A stretch of DNA of 64,000 nt from Chrysomallon squamiferum. Its lineage: Eukaryota; Animalia; Mollusca. Under the pieces are notes generated by a model that made no database searches, had not been told where the DNA came from, and saw only the letters and a program-made list of their open reading frames with translations. The translations under genes were made by a program, and so were the position numbers. Each line of letters starts with the position of its first letter. The stretch's first letter is position 1. The DNA lies in NCBI GenBank assembly GCA_012295275.1, contig CM022666.1, positions 3,348,001 through 3,412,000 on the forward strand, given 5' to 3'. This document shows, piece by piece, positions 15,895-30,879 of the stretch.

Positions 15895-16300
15895 TAGTGG
15901 TATAGTGATGGTGGTGGAAGTGATTGTAGTAATATTTGTTGTTTTTGTTATAATAATGGTAATTGTAGTAGTAGTAGCTGCAGCAGTATCAGGGGTCGTT
16001 GTAGTAGAAAAAGTAGTGATGGTGGTGGAAGTAGTAATAGTAGCAGTAGTAATAGAAGTAAGGGTAGTAACAGTACTTGAGAGAGAAGTAGTTATTGTCG
16101 TGGTGATGGTAGCAGTAATAACAGTAGTAGTAGTAGTGAACGTAGTAGCAATGGTGGTAGTAGTAGTGGCAGTAGTAGTATTGGTAGTAGTGCAAGTAAT
16201 AACAGCAAGCAGCAGTACTAGTACTAGTAGTAGCAGCAGTAATAATAGTAGTAGCCTTAGTAGTAGTAGTAGTAGTAGTACTAATGGTAGTAGTAGTGGT
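15895..16300. repeat. Degenerate (GTA/GTG/GCA)n trinucleotide tract
   Basis: Seen directly; source of the poly-Val/Ser ORF 15878..16429. Confidence 0.9.
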
Positions 16301-18410
16301 GAAAGTACATCTCTCTCCGATATCCGATTCCTTTTTCCTTATCTTTCTCTCCTTTTCTTTCTATCATTTTCTTTCTTCTTTCTATTTCTGTCTGTGACAT
16401 TCTGTTTTATCACAAATCCCGACAAATAATATTAACATATAAGCAAGTATAAATCGATACTGAAAAAAAAAAAAAACCCGCTAGAAATACAAGAATAAAA
16501 GAGTGTACACACTCAGTGTCAACGATTTGCCATTTGTGAAATTAAGTCTCATTTTAGCTCAGTTCTTTTCTAATACGACTAAACAGGATCATTTTAAATA
16601 CGAGTTTTTAAGTATTAGAAGAAAGGGAGAGAAAAAGAAAAAAAAAAAAGAAAAGAAGAGAAGAATAAAAGGTCAGCTCATAAACTTCAAATTCACAGTT
16701 TAATTTACTCTCAGACAATGAGGCTATTCTCGTCTGGTGCTCTTTCGCCGCGGCTTCTCAAACATGGCTGCCGTGCGGTCTCGTGCAGAGCGCGAGCAGG
16801 AACACCTCTCGTGACAGCGGAGACAAGAGAAATTCTCGCGAGAAGACGTGGCTTTTCGAGAGCTACCCGGAGCGACGCAGATCAGAAAAGCCGTCTTTGC
16901 ACGTGCCGCGCTCCACGACTGTGACGTAACGCGCCATGGTGACCGGATGACGGCTGGAAATATTCTTGCAACGCACGCGGAACTGCGTTACAAAGCAGAT
17001 GAAGATTTTTTTTTTTAATTTTTTTTTTTTAATGAACTTTCTCATGATCTTGTCCAGTTATTTCTTTCACACCGAGAGATACGTGTGTGCGACTGTGAAA
17101 ACTTTTGATTGGCTTAATCGTCTTCTCCGGGGACTGCCGATAGAATCAGGGTGGGGGGGGAATCAGACGGATATTGTTGGGGTGGGTGGGGGTCTATGTT
17201 TTTTTTTTTTTACCTTATGTTGGTAAATCGGTTGTTGACAATTGTATGTTTGAAATGTTTTAAAGATTATAGTCTGCGTTTTCCACTGTTTGGTGTTATT
17301 ATTTGGTTTAACTTTTCAATGTTGTTGTTGTTAACTGAAGAATAATTGTTTCGTGTTTGGTCTTTGTCTTCCTGTGTCAGTGCCGTTCTAGAATATTCCT
17401 GTAGTTAAGGCAATAGAATATTCATTCCTAAATACATACTTTCGCATATACACGTACACATAAACACACATACACATACAGATACATATACATACACTCC
17501 TCATCATCATCATCACCATTGAAAACAAAAAGTCATACAAAGCAAAAACTAATGTAACTAAATCTTATTTAACCATCAAGTAAATATATCACAAAGATAT
17601 AAATACAACATAATGTAACGTAACATAGCATAATATAACTTAACTTAACATAACATAACATAACATAACATAGCATATAATATAATATAAGCAGAAAAAT
17701 AAAGCGTAATGAAACGAATAAATAAATAAATGAATAAATAAATAAATAAATAAATTAACGAGTAAATAAATAAATAAATGAATAAATAAACAAATAAATA
17801 AATAAACAAACAAATAAACAAATAAATAAATAAACAAACAAACAAACAAATAAATAAATAAATAAATATATAAATAAATAAATAAATAAATAAAAAAGGC
17901 ACAACATTTAAAAAGAAAAATCTTTTTTTTTTTTTTTTTTTTCACAAGACAAACGATACCGCTATATCAAAACGCGCAGTTGAAAGGTTTCGTGGTATAT
18001 AGATAAAATTTCTCGAAAACTCGAGACGCGTAGAATGGCTACCAGATTATGCGAAAGTTCTTGAAAAGCGCGCGGGGGTGCCTGCAGAAAGCGGGTGGTT
18101 CGTATATCAAACACGTAATGCGATTCGCATTTTCGTCATGTTTTGTCAATCGCGGGCAATTATTCTCCGAAATACAGCGCACTTGAAACGGAAAGAGACG
18201 GAAAATGGCGTCCACGTGCGCGAAATTACACGCCTCAGCGCAATCGCCGCCAGAGGACCGGGAACGTTTTGCCTGTGTTAACAGTTTTGTGGATCACCGC
18301 TTTTCAGGTCGCGCTAGTAATACACTGATGTTGAAACCATGCGAGGCTTGTAAAATTAATAACAGGTTTGAGTTCTTCTCCACTTGTTCTGTTCATATAT
18401 GCCTAAGAAG

Positions 18411-18449
<39 letters not shown>

Positions 18450-19170
18450 AAAAGGAAAAAAATGAAGAAAAAAAAAACATGAAGGAAGTTATGCTATTTT
18501 GTTTTGAAATTTTTACAATAAAGTGGCGAAAAAAACAGAAGCAGAAGAAAATATCAAAAGAAAAAGAATCTAAGATGCCAGATTTAGTATCAAAGGTCGT
18601 TTTGCTGTTGATTGTTTGTTTCTGGTTGTTGTTGTTCTTGTTGACGTTATTTATAAGATAGAGTGCATGTAATTATGTTGCCTGTGAAACAGACTTTAAA
18701 TAATTCTCAATGAATGCAATATGGAGAGTTGCTCCTGTGACTATTAATTTACCTTCATAAATGTGATACTTTTTAGACACCGCTGTATGTAGTGTGTTTT
18801 AATTTAAATTGTAAATAAATGTATTAATGTACGTATTATGTATATAACGTATTAAAAGTTGGCGTAATTTTGTGTTTAGTGTATCGTTGACATTCGTTCA
18901 GTATCCTAATGTTACCGTGATTTGCGGTTGCGATTTTCTGTTTGTATGTGTAGGTGGGGTGTCTGTCTGTATGTGCCTCTGTTTTCTCTCTGGGGGTAGC
19001 TTTTTTGACTGTTGATTATTCGTCTGTGTATTTCATTACAGTATGAATACCGGAAGAACACTGGAATTTTTATTTTTATTTCTATTAGTAAAAATTGGAG
19101 TCCAATATACGCCACAGAAATGGTATCAATTATTATTATTATTATTATTGTTTTTATTGTTATTATTATA

Positions 19171-19269
<99 letters not shown>

Positions 19270-19721
19270 ACAGCGTTGATGATCAGGATGATTTCTTTTT
19301 TTAAAGTTTGAAATAGAAATGCAAAATAACATCCAAAGATCTCAAATATTTCATCACATCATTTTTTTTTTTTTTTTTTTTTTAGATAATAGCACCATCC
19401 ATACCGTGCATTCACAACATCTGCATTCACCAGATGTTTTTAGCATTTTCTCTTCCCATCTAAGACATAATAAAATTAACACTGCAAGCTCTTCCACGTC
19501 ACGACTGCAACGCTGACTCGCACCTGCTGTTGTAACCAGTCCAGCAAAAACAAAACGCGACACCCAGCGGAAGGTATCAGGCAACCGTCAGCGATTGCCT
19601 CCCTTGGCTGCAGCGAGTTTTGATGACGTAATTGAGACTGCTTCCATTTGGCGCGAAATCTGTTTCGTCGCAATATGTTTGGGTTAGGGGGGGAGGTTTC
19701 TTTATTTCTTTTTCTTCTTTT

Positions 19722-19761
<40 letters not shown>

Positions 19762-20798
19762 AGATTTTTCTTTTTTTGCCAAAAGGTACAGTGCCACCCA
19801 AGTTCTGCGTCGTCGTAACCAAACATGACGGCAACGTTTTCTCGCGTGTTGATGCCAGGTTTTGGCACCGGTGCCGTTCGATACGTTATTTTCTCAAGTG
19901 GGAGGAGATTCTCAGTGTTGTTTCTGACCAGGGGGCATGATTAAAACCCGGATGAGACGTTTATTGTTGGAAATCACAATACTTTTGTTTTCAATTCGAC
20001 TCGGGGAACGGTTGTCACGACTGGTGCTCCTGTGTCGGGTTACGCCAAATGGTTTGAGTGAAAGCGAATAGCGCACAACCTGTCACCAGTCATTTGTACA
20101 AGCCGGTGTCAAGGTGTCAAAGGTTGAAAAAGGGTGTGGAAGAGGGGTGGTTTTCGATTGCGTAAAGTTTTTTTTTTTTATTGAGTTCGCAAGAAATAGT
20201 TTCCTGGAGTGATTTAAACAGTCTTGTACCATTAATAACTGCTTGAGGTTATTATTAGAAAGTAATAAAATAAGACAATTCCCGTTGTTATGGAGACAGA
20301 TTAATTAAGACTTGTAGTTTGTAAAAGACCTGGTTATTTCAGAATTGCCTTATGGCACTTAATTATACCCAACAAACAAACCATTTTGACGTTTACAAAG
20401 TGGAAAATATAAATCAGTTTGCTATTAGATGCGACATAGTGTAAAAAAGAAATGCCCATACCTTGATGTAACAAAATACACCCCAAAATATAAGTTTATA
20501 TGGCACAAACAGCAATATTAATGAGAAGGAGAAGAAGACTAAAAGAAAGAAGAGAAAGAAGAAAATGTTCAACTTCAACATCATCGCTATCGTCTTTATT
20601 ATCATCACCAACACCATCATTATCATCACAATAAATATTATTATTATATTTGCATGACGTCATTACTTGCATTAATTTTATCTACACATATAAAGATATT
20701 ACACGCACACGCACATGCACACATCAAGCGAAAATAAAACCAAAATAAAACATTTGAAATTTAATCACATATACTTGACAACAACAAAAATAATAATC

Positions 20799-20839
<41 letters not shown>

Positions 20840-20949
20840 CAATAATGATAATAATGATAATAATGATGATGACGCCTAACAAAAACAACAACAACAACAA
20901 TTTAACTTAATTTAATGACACCAAAATAAAATAACATAATATATGCCAA

Positions 20950-20992
20950 TGACATTTAACTTTTAACTTTCTTTAAAATACTCTCTCTCTCA

Positions 20993-21028
<36 letters not shown>

Positions 21029-21085
21029 TTCTCTCTCTATCTCTATCTCTATCTCTCTCTTTCTCTCTCTCTCTTTCTCTCTCTA
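20950..21085 (+). repeat. 31-bp dispersed repeat followed by (CT)n, copy 2
   Basis: Identical to 12071-12101, followed by a degenerate (CT)n. Confidence 0.85.
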
Positions 21086-21229
21086 CCCTGCTCTGCTCCT
21101 TCAGAAGAATTCGCGCCAAAATGCAGGTGCATCCATCGCAGTCGAAATCTCAAAAACAACGCACGAATAATTGTGTCAGAAAATTTATCAAAATAAAACT
21201 ACTCGAGGCAAATTTCTTAAACACAAAAG

Positions 21230-21625
21230 CGAAACAAGGGGCGGGAAGTGACGTTACAACGGGCGTGCGCAGACGTCAGGATCTCTTAAAGGTGTACGTT
21301 ACTTCCACTGGCACTCGGTCGATTTATCACGGTGACGTATTACGCTGCTGTTAGTCCAGGTGCTGTACGAAACGAAACGAAACGAAACGCTCTCTCTCTC
21401 TCGGGCTAAACACACTGCCACGCCTACTGTGAAACAAATACCCGAGCCCCCTAAACCTTGTAAAAGAAGCTATTATTTCAGCGTTGTCTATTGCAGTTAA
21501 TAACAGCCATAAGCGAGCTATTTTGTCCTGGTAATTGCCGCGCGCAGTTCGGGGATGGCAGTCGATTGGAAGATGACATATTTCGTTTCCATATTTGGTG
21601 GGCTTGATTGGCGAGAGAGGGGCCT
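21230..21625. promoter_or_regulatory. Promoter- or enhancer-like CpG-rich island
   Basis: GGGGCGGGAAGTGACGTTAC (GC box plus ETS/CRE-like composite), further ACGTCA/TGACGT sites, and two GATTGG (CCAAT on minus) near 21565 and 21606. Confidence 0.4.
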
Positions 21626-22081
21626 GATTAGGGTGTGTGTTTAAAATTTAAAGAGGTTTGAAAGTAGCTATAATCGTACGTTATTATTATTCTTGTTATT
21701 GTTGTTATTGTTATTGTTGTTGTTGTTGTTATTATTATTATTATTATTATTGTTATTATTATTATTATTATTATTACTTTTATTATTATTATTACTATTA
21801 CTTTTATTATTATTATTATCAACAACATCATCATCATCACTATTATTATTATTACTACTATTACTACTACTGCTACTACTACCACAACAATAACTACTAC
21901 TACTAGTACTATTGTTGTTGTTGTTCTTCTTCTTCACTGGGGTTCTGTGATACAATTAAATAAAATACGTAATTTATTACTGTATCTAAAATTTTGAAAT
22001 ATAAACCGCTAAAAGTAACGATAAAAACATTTATTTATTTACTTATTAATTCATTCATTTAATATTAATTTTAATTATTAC

Positions 22082-22117
<36 letters not shown>

Positions 22118-23411
22118 CTGAAAGTAGCAGTAATCATATATTCATATTCAAAATTAATACTAAAAAGCAATGATCAACCATAATAATAATAATAATAATA
22201 TTAATAATTGTTGTAAATTAAAATTATATTATATTAAATAAAAAAAAAAACAATAAATAAAAAACAATAAACAACCAAACATACATACAAACAAGCAAGC
22301 AAATGATTAAATCGACGCAACCCTAAAAAGGCCTCTCACATTGATGAAGTGGAACTCTTCAGTCAGGTGAGTATCCAGCCAGGAATTACAAAGAGGTTTT
22401 CCAAGTCAGTTCTTCGGCGCTGCAGAAAATAACAAACTGGAAGATAATTATAACATATAATGTTAGTAAAAGATCTGCGTGTAACGGCCACATCAGCTTT
22501 GTAACGTCACAATAACGACAACAACGGCGAAGACATCACGTGAACATGTAATTTAAAAATTGGTTGAGGAAATATCGAGTTTCTGATATTTTCAGAAAAT
22601 GCTCGATATTGGTTTTGGATTTTGAAAATTGTATCTTATTTTATTATATTTCATTAAATTTGATTTGATTAAATTTTATTTGATTAAATTTTATTTTATT
22701 AAATTTTATTTTTATTTTATTTTATTTTATTAAATTTTATTTTATTTTATTTTATTTTATTTTATTTTATTTAAATTTTATTTATTTATTTATTTAATCA
22801 TTGACTCGTCTATTTACTTTTTTATGTGTTCATATATTTGTTTAGTATTTATTAATTTAATTATATATCTCTGTATTTGAATTTGTTTTTTTTTTTTTCT
22901 TTTCTTTCCTCCCCCCCCCCCTTTTATTGGGAAGGTGTCTTCAGCTCGATATTGTCCTTTTTAATTTTTTGAACCGTAATTAGTACATTATTTATTTATT
23001 TATTTATTTATTTGTCTGTTTGTTTGTTACTTAATTAGTAAGTCCAAAATTAACACATATATAAAATATAAAATAACACATTTCATCTCTTAAATTATTT
23101 CAGCTGCTTTTTCGATTTCTCTTTCCTATTATAGTTACCATTACAATAAAATACATCATTTTGACAAGAACGTTGACAGTTATGGGCGGAGCCTCAGTTA
23201 AAAAAATTCAGTAAGTTCTGGAATTATTACAGAAGTAAGGGAAACTACTCTGATCATCTTTATATACTAAGTAAAGTCACTGGTCACTGTTTAAAGAAAA
23301 GTAAAGTAAGATTAAATGACGTTAGGTAATTCTATAAATCTGTTAATTAATTAATTAATTAATAAGAAAATGAATTAAACAGTTAGAAATCAAATCTTAA
23401 TTAAAACAGTT

Positions 23412-23455
<44 letters not shown>

Positions 23456-24009
23456 CAAATAAATAAAAAATATTAAAAATAATAAATAAATAGCAGTAAC
23501 TGCAGCAACATCAATTATAGCAATAGTAGTAGTAGTAGTAGTCGTAACAGCAGTGATAGTAGTAATTTTTTTAGTAGTAGCATCAGTAGTATCAGCTGAA
23601 ATAGTAAAGTTAATGACAGTAGTTGTAGTAGAAGTAATGGTAGTAGTATAACTCTTCAATATCTGATTCTTCGTCCTATTCCTTTTTCACTGTCAGTCTC
23701 TCCTTTTTTGCTTTCTACCATTTGTTTCTAGTAGTAGTAAAAAGAAGATAAATAAATAAATAAATAAATAAATAAAAACATAAATAAATAAATAAATAAA
23801 CAAACATACACAAACAAACAAACAAACAAACAAAAAAACAAACAAACAAATAAATAAACAAACAAACGATCGAACAAACAGACAAATAGCACAAACAACA
23901 AATGTATCTTTTTAACAATACTTCATTCATACTTTTTCAAGCTTTTTCTCTCTCTCTCTTTTTTTTTTCTCCACGCTGAAACCACATCATACAAAACATA
24001 CAACAAACC

Positions 24010-24100
24010 ACCAACCAGGTAATTATGAAGGTCCACTGAGGCGAATCGATCTGTGGACCCAGCGCGCTTCACGTGAGTGATGTACCACTGAGCCACCAAT
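24010..24100 (-). mobile_element. tRNA-derived SINE head, degenerate
   Basis: Minus strand reads GGTGGCTCAGTGGTA (A box, 24085-24095)...GATCGATTCGCC (B-box-like, 24043-24051)...AGTGGACC with Pol III type-2 spacing; no cloverleaf. Confidence 0.6.
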
Positions 24101-24381
24101 TACAGGTCTGACGAAGGTCGACAGACACAGCGTTATATCCGATCAACCAACAAAACACCTCTTTGTTAGATTAAACATCTTCAGTTTTATTACATATTCT
24201 ACAATATATATATGTATATATATATATATGTGTATGTATGTATATGTATATATATATATATATATACACACACACATATATATATACATATGATTGTTCT
24301 TATTATACAGTGACAATTGTTCAAATATATATATATATATATGATTTTTCTTTTTCATTATACAAGTGGTAATTGTTCAAA

Positions 24382-24412
<31 letters not shown>

Positions 24413-24592
24413 TTTTTTTTTCATTAGCCATGTCGAAATTAATTATATCTGTCTATATATATAGATAGATAGATAGATAGATATAGATTATACATACGAT
24501 TTTTCTTATAAGTGATAATTGTTCAAAATGAAATATATATATATCTTTTCTTTCTTTTTCATTAGTAATGTCGAAATTAATTATATCTATTT

Positions 24593-24627
<35 letters not shown>

Positions 24628-24754
24628 CAGACATACATACACACACATAACACATACACATATGTACATTTACATACATACAAACAGACAGACAGTCAGA
24701 CACATATACACACATGCATACATCCGTACTATTTCTTTTCTTATTACTGCTCTT

Positions 24755-24791
<37 letters not shown>

Positions 24792-26293
24792 TTATTATTT
24801 TTTTTTTTTAAATTCTCGTCTCACTCAAACTGAGCGCGACCAATCGGCAATTCTCCGTCGAGCTAAAAAAAGAAGAAGAAGAAGACGAAGAAACTTTTTA
24901 ATTTTTTTTTTTGATCGAATGAAATTCGCGTCTTCTGTGATGAAGTGACTTTAAAAACGTCGACGATTGGTTCATTGTTGGGGCAAAAAAAAAAAAAATG
25001 TCCTCGACGTTTCTCTTTTTGGTTTTCGTAGACAGCGTAAAATCGGAGTCTGCCGCACAAAAACATATCCTAAAGGGCGTGCAAATTCGGCGCCAGGAGT
25101 TGCAGATTTCGGTGAAATGAACACGCCTCGCTGCGTAGTCAATTTCCCTGAAATTTACCTTGGCGAACAAACAAACAAAAAAAAAAAATGAAAAGGATAT
25201 CCTCTGACGGACATAATGCTTTTTTTTGTTGAACGTAAAATTGAGATCGCAACAGGGGGGGGGGAGGTAGCGCTTGTATATTTTCACAACAATTGTTTGG
25301 GTGAAATTGGAATTAATTGAAATGCTTCTATTTCGTTTTATATGCGTTTTGGAGAGAGCATTAATTTCTTTGAAGTGGCTTGATTTGTAAATTATGTATT
25401 TGAAAAGATTTTCTTTTCTTTTTCTTTTCTTCTTTTTTTTTATATCACTGTCGAATTCTTTGCACGACAAGCCTCATCCCGATCAATGGGTTGTGTCTCG
25501 TGCTGAAGCGCCCCCTACCTGTGCTACACCCTTGATGACGTCGTAAAGGTAACGTGGGTAGCGTGCCTGCGTGACGTCTTCACGACGGTTGTTTAACGAT
25601 GGACACTAAAGCGGAGACAACGACGTCAGCTTATTTCATTTATCTAAGTTTTATCTGTCTCCCAGCTTACCTTTGTAAGCACCCATCTTACACACACAGA
25701 CACACACAGACACAGATACACACACAGACACACACAGGCATTCACACACACACACAGACACACACAGACACAGATACACACACAGACACACACAGGCATT
25801 CACACACACACACAGACACACACAGATACACACATACACACACAGACACACGAGGACACACGCAGACACACACAGGCACAGACAAAACGCACGCGCTCAC
25901 ACATTCACACATTTATATTTAGTATTTTATTGTAACGTTCTGTATTGTATTGATTTGCTGTGGCTTATATATTGTATTATATTATACCATAGTATATCAT
26001 ATTATATCATATATCGTACCATACCATACTCCACTCCACTGCATTACATTATATTGCATTACATAGTATTATATTATATTATATTATGTATATTATATTA
26101 TTTTTATTATATTATATTATATTATATTATATTATATTATATTATATTACATTATATTATATTATATTATGTCATGTCATATTATGTTGTTATGTTTTGT
26201 TTTATTATATTATATCATATTATATTATGTTGCATTACATCATACTATACTATACTATACTGTATTATTCGAGCAATTTCTAGTGCCATTTTT

Positions 26294-26382
<89 letters not shown>

Positions 26383-27217
26383 CTCTCACTTTCTCTGTCT
26401 GCGCAATAACTGTTCGTATTACACGATTAATTTAACCATAGTTTCGTTTTCTTTCCCAAGCTAGCATTTTCAGAATAATAATAATAATAACAATATTCAT
26501 CACAGAGATATATAAAGAATACTTCACACATAACACTGAAGTTAAAATTTCGTTTCAGTTTCAAGCAAATTCTCTGGTCTTGATATTAACACGACACCAT
26601 CACCCGCTCATACAACAACAACAGTAAAACGTATCAAAGCGAGAACTTTTTTAAATTTTCTCCGCATTTCTGACGTTCAGGATTTCTGAAAAGATAAACA
26701 GAATAATATTTTCAGAAGGGACACGAGAAACTAGCGTGTTTTCAGCTTAACGACATGATCACATTCTTTCGCGAATTGACTGACACGCGATTTCTCTTTC
26801 TTGGCATGTTTTGACATTCGACTGTAATAATTTTCTTTTGTTTCGCTAATAACGTGCCGGCGAGATTCGGCGAGATTCGGCGAGATTTATCCTTTGAAAA
26901 AAAAAAAAAACAGTATGCTGACACCTCGGGGAATCGAAACTATGCGAGCCGCGCACATGCGCGAGATTCTCTGTCGTCGTCTTTTTTTTGTTTTTTGTTT
27001 TTTTATTGTGTGTGTTGACTTTCCCTCCCTCTCCGAATGCGGTCCAGCTAAATATCTCGGCGTAAAAGAAAGAGGACACCGGGGTATCGCATGGTCAAAA
27101 TAAACTGTAATAAAATCACTTGCGTATGGCTACAGTTTTGTTTTTTATGAGTAGATGTTTGCAAACCGTATAAGAATGTCTTTCTTGTTTTTCTCTTATA
27201 CTTTTCTCTACCTTTTC

Positions 27218-27322
<105 letters not shown>

Positions 27323-27435
27323 TACATACATACTCACATAATCTGTTATTTTCTATGCTTATCTCATTTTCTTTTTTCTTTCAATACTTAAATGATTGAT
27401 TTTTCACAATCTTAGTTCTGGATATGACTGACTAT

Positions 27436-27554
<119 letters not shown>

Positions 27555-28065
27555 CCTCCCTCCCTCCCTGACATTTACTTCACAGAAATATTATTATAAA
27601 TCAGTGCAGCTTCTCACAAAACAGCAAACGTCAAAGAAGTTATCACAGTAGGCAGTTCAACGTCTGATTCAAACAACACAGAGCAGGAATGTTTTCGCAA
27701 ATCTAACTGAATTCTGTTTTCTCTTGGACACTGCAAATCAACGAAACAAAACGGCACCTGTACAAACTTTGGTTTTAATTGTGTACAAAATATTTCCTCA
27801 TTTTTGACAGCATGATGTTCGGTTGTTAACGCGACTTCAAAGTAGCTGTAAAGAGCAAAGATCCAGGAACATTTCTCAGCAAGCACTATGAGGAGTTTGA
27901 AATATGTTTTTTTATATTCCAACGATATGGAAGTCTGAACGATCTGTAGTTTTTAAGGTGAAATCAAAGTTGTTTTAACAAGCAAAAATCCAAAGGGGCT
28001 TTGAGAGATGTTTTTAAGTGAGCCTCAAAAGATATGATTCAGTTACGTGTCCTCAATCAACTCTC

Positions 28066-28181
<116 letters not shown>

Positions 28182-28423
28182 CTCTCCCTCCCTCCTCTCT
28201 CTCTTTTGTCGATCTATCTGTCTGTCTGTCTGTCTGTTTATTTGTCTATCTATATGTCTATCTGTCTGTCTCTGTCTGTCTATCTATCTGTCTGTCTGTC
28301 CGTAATTCTTCCTCTTCCTCTTGCTCTTAACTACTCAAACTCGAATATTTATTTCTGTACGTTTTAATGACAAAGATATGAATATCATGACTGTATATAA
28401 TTTAACGGCCAGGAAGAAAAAAG

Positions 28424-28532
<109 letters not shown>

Positions 28533-30113
28533 AAAAAAAAACGAAATGTAGATTAATAATGATTATCAGAAACGAAAAATCTTTTGGCACTGTTAATTAT
28601 TATTTAATTAAATTTGGAATGAATCAAAAAGTCACATTCTTCCCTTCGCCACTAGAGCTACAAAATAGCATTTAATATTAATCAAACATTTCGTTTTCGA
28701 TTCGGGAACTATAAAAATGATTTTATTTCTTTTTTTCACAAATAGTTTCCTTGAAGAGTGTTCGATTTTCTATTCTGGTTGTTGACATTGTAACAGAAAT
28801 CATATTTTTTTTTCAAAGCCTTCCATCTTTCGACGTGGAAAAGAAAATGCTCGAAGCAAAAATATTAGAGAATTATACAATTTGGAAATAGAGGGGAAAA
28901 AGATCATAACAGGCAAGTACTGCAGAAACCGAACAGATTGCTGTTTTGTTCTTAAAATTAGTTCAATTTTGAAAAGAGCGACCACTTTGAATTATATCTG
29001 GACTTTTCTTTTTTTTTTTAAATAAAAGAAAAGAATAAAAAGAAGACGATAAAGAAAAAGATGAAAAAAAAAAAAAAAAAAAAAAAAAAAATTATTTCAT
29101 CCACTTTTCATCAGAAAATTTTGTCAATCCATTATTTCAAACGTTTTCCCTTCTCATTACAGAAACGAGCTCGGGTCCTATGGGGGGGGAGGGCTCTCGT
29201 GAAATCTCGATCCGACGATAATTGAGAAATCTCGCGAGAACAGATGTATGAAATAGACAAGTGTTTGGTTTTGGCGCGCGCTCGATTGCTACGCGAACAA
29301 GTGCAGCTCTCCAGTGGCGCTAACATAAAAGCGAGATTCTCGTCCAGTGCAAATTCAGAAAGAAAAACGAAAAAAAAACCACCATGTTTTTTCTGTTCCA
29401 TTGTCGTTTCTTTTGCCTTGCGGCTAAACGCAAGCAAAAGCTGATGGTTGTTTCGCGTCGTTCAAGAGATTGTTGAAATTACGTTTTAATAAAGACTTTT
29501 TTCGTGTCAAAAGACGGGGTTGTTTCGAAACGGTGGCACGAGAAAGATGTACAAGAGGGAAAATTTTAACTTAATCATTTCCCAGATCATACAAAATTTT
29601 CGTGGGGTGTCGTCTGTAGTGTAAACAGTTTAACGAAAAGTGTAATTGATGAATTAGGACGAAACGAAAAAAAAAGAAAGAAAGAAATTATTTTATTTTT
29701 CGTACTCGACTGGTAATTAGATTATGAAAAGAAAAGGGGGAACAAATTATTATCATATTTTAAAAATTTATTAATTTATTTTTTTAAATTAATTACTCTA
29801 CTGATGAATAAAACTACTAAAGAATTGTTATAAATACTTCTCCATGACCGCTGTTACTTTACGAACTGAGTGGGTGGCATTTTCAGATTTTTTTTTTATT
29901 TTATTTTATTTTTTTTTCTGAATCCCATTTGTACTAATAACATTTACCAAAGCCTATCAGCAAGGAACAGATGAATTTCTAAATATTTAACTTTTTTCTT
30001 GCAGTTTATTTGATATGTTCATATGTTTCCATTATTTATTTATTATAAATCTTATTTTTATATTAAATTTATTTAAACATGAACTATCATTGTTTGTTAT
30101 GTTTTTTTTTTTT

Positions 30114-30172
<59 letters not shown>

Positions 30173-30755
30173 CATCATCATCATCATCATTATTGTTGTT
30201 GGTGTTGTTATTATTGTTTTTGTTGTCATTGATGTTGCTGTTGTTCATTTTGTTACGAAATATTGTATAGCCAATAGTTCGTTATAGCAAATAATATAGT
30301 CGTTCAAGTAAATAATAAAATAATTTAGATGATACAAATTAAAAATAATATGTCCCTCTACAATTTCCTTTTCTCTTTCTTTGTCATTACATTTTTATTT
30401 TTTTATTTTTTTATTTTCAAATTATGTTGTTTTTATCGTTATTATTATTACCATAAATATTATTATTAGTGTATCATTATCATCATCAGCAGCATCATTA
30501 GCATCAGCATTAGTCTATTATTACTGTTATTTTAATTATTAATATTACTTTTATTAATTTCCACGATCAGTTCCTCTGATTATTTTAGTGCTTTCACCAC
30601 CATTATTTTGGTTTACGCTTGTTTACTTGTTCTGCAAATATTCAGATCTGTGTAAGGTACGTGTAAACGAGAAGGCTTTACCTCAGAAACCTGAAACAAG
30701 AGGATCGATTCTCTTGTTAGTTTAATAATAATGATAATAATAATAATAATAATAA

Positions 30756-30786
<31 letters not shown>

Positions 30787-30879
30787 AAGCAGAAGAAGAC
30801 AGAAGTATTCTTATCATCACTATCAGTAATGTGATGGTGCTAGTAAGATCAAGATAATAACAACAACAACATTATATAT

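Noticed and set aside
15878-16429. 183-aa Val/Ser-rich ORF resembling a membrane protein
   Set aside because: It derives from a degenerate (GTA)n tract.
24030-24100. Possible tRNA gene
   Set aside because: A box present, but the B box is degenerate and no acceptor or anticodon stems form; better explained as a SINE head.
27614-27922. 102-aa minus-strand ORF in unique sequence
   Set aside because: No family I recognise and no convincing splice partners; cannot be supported without a search.
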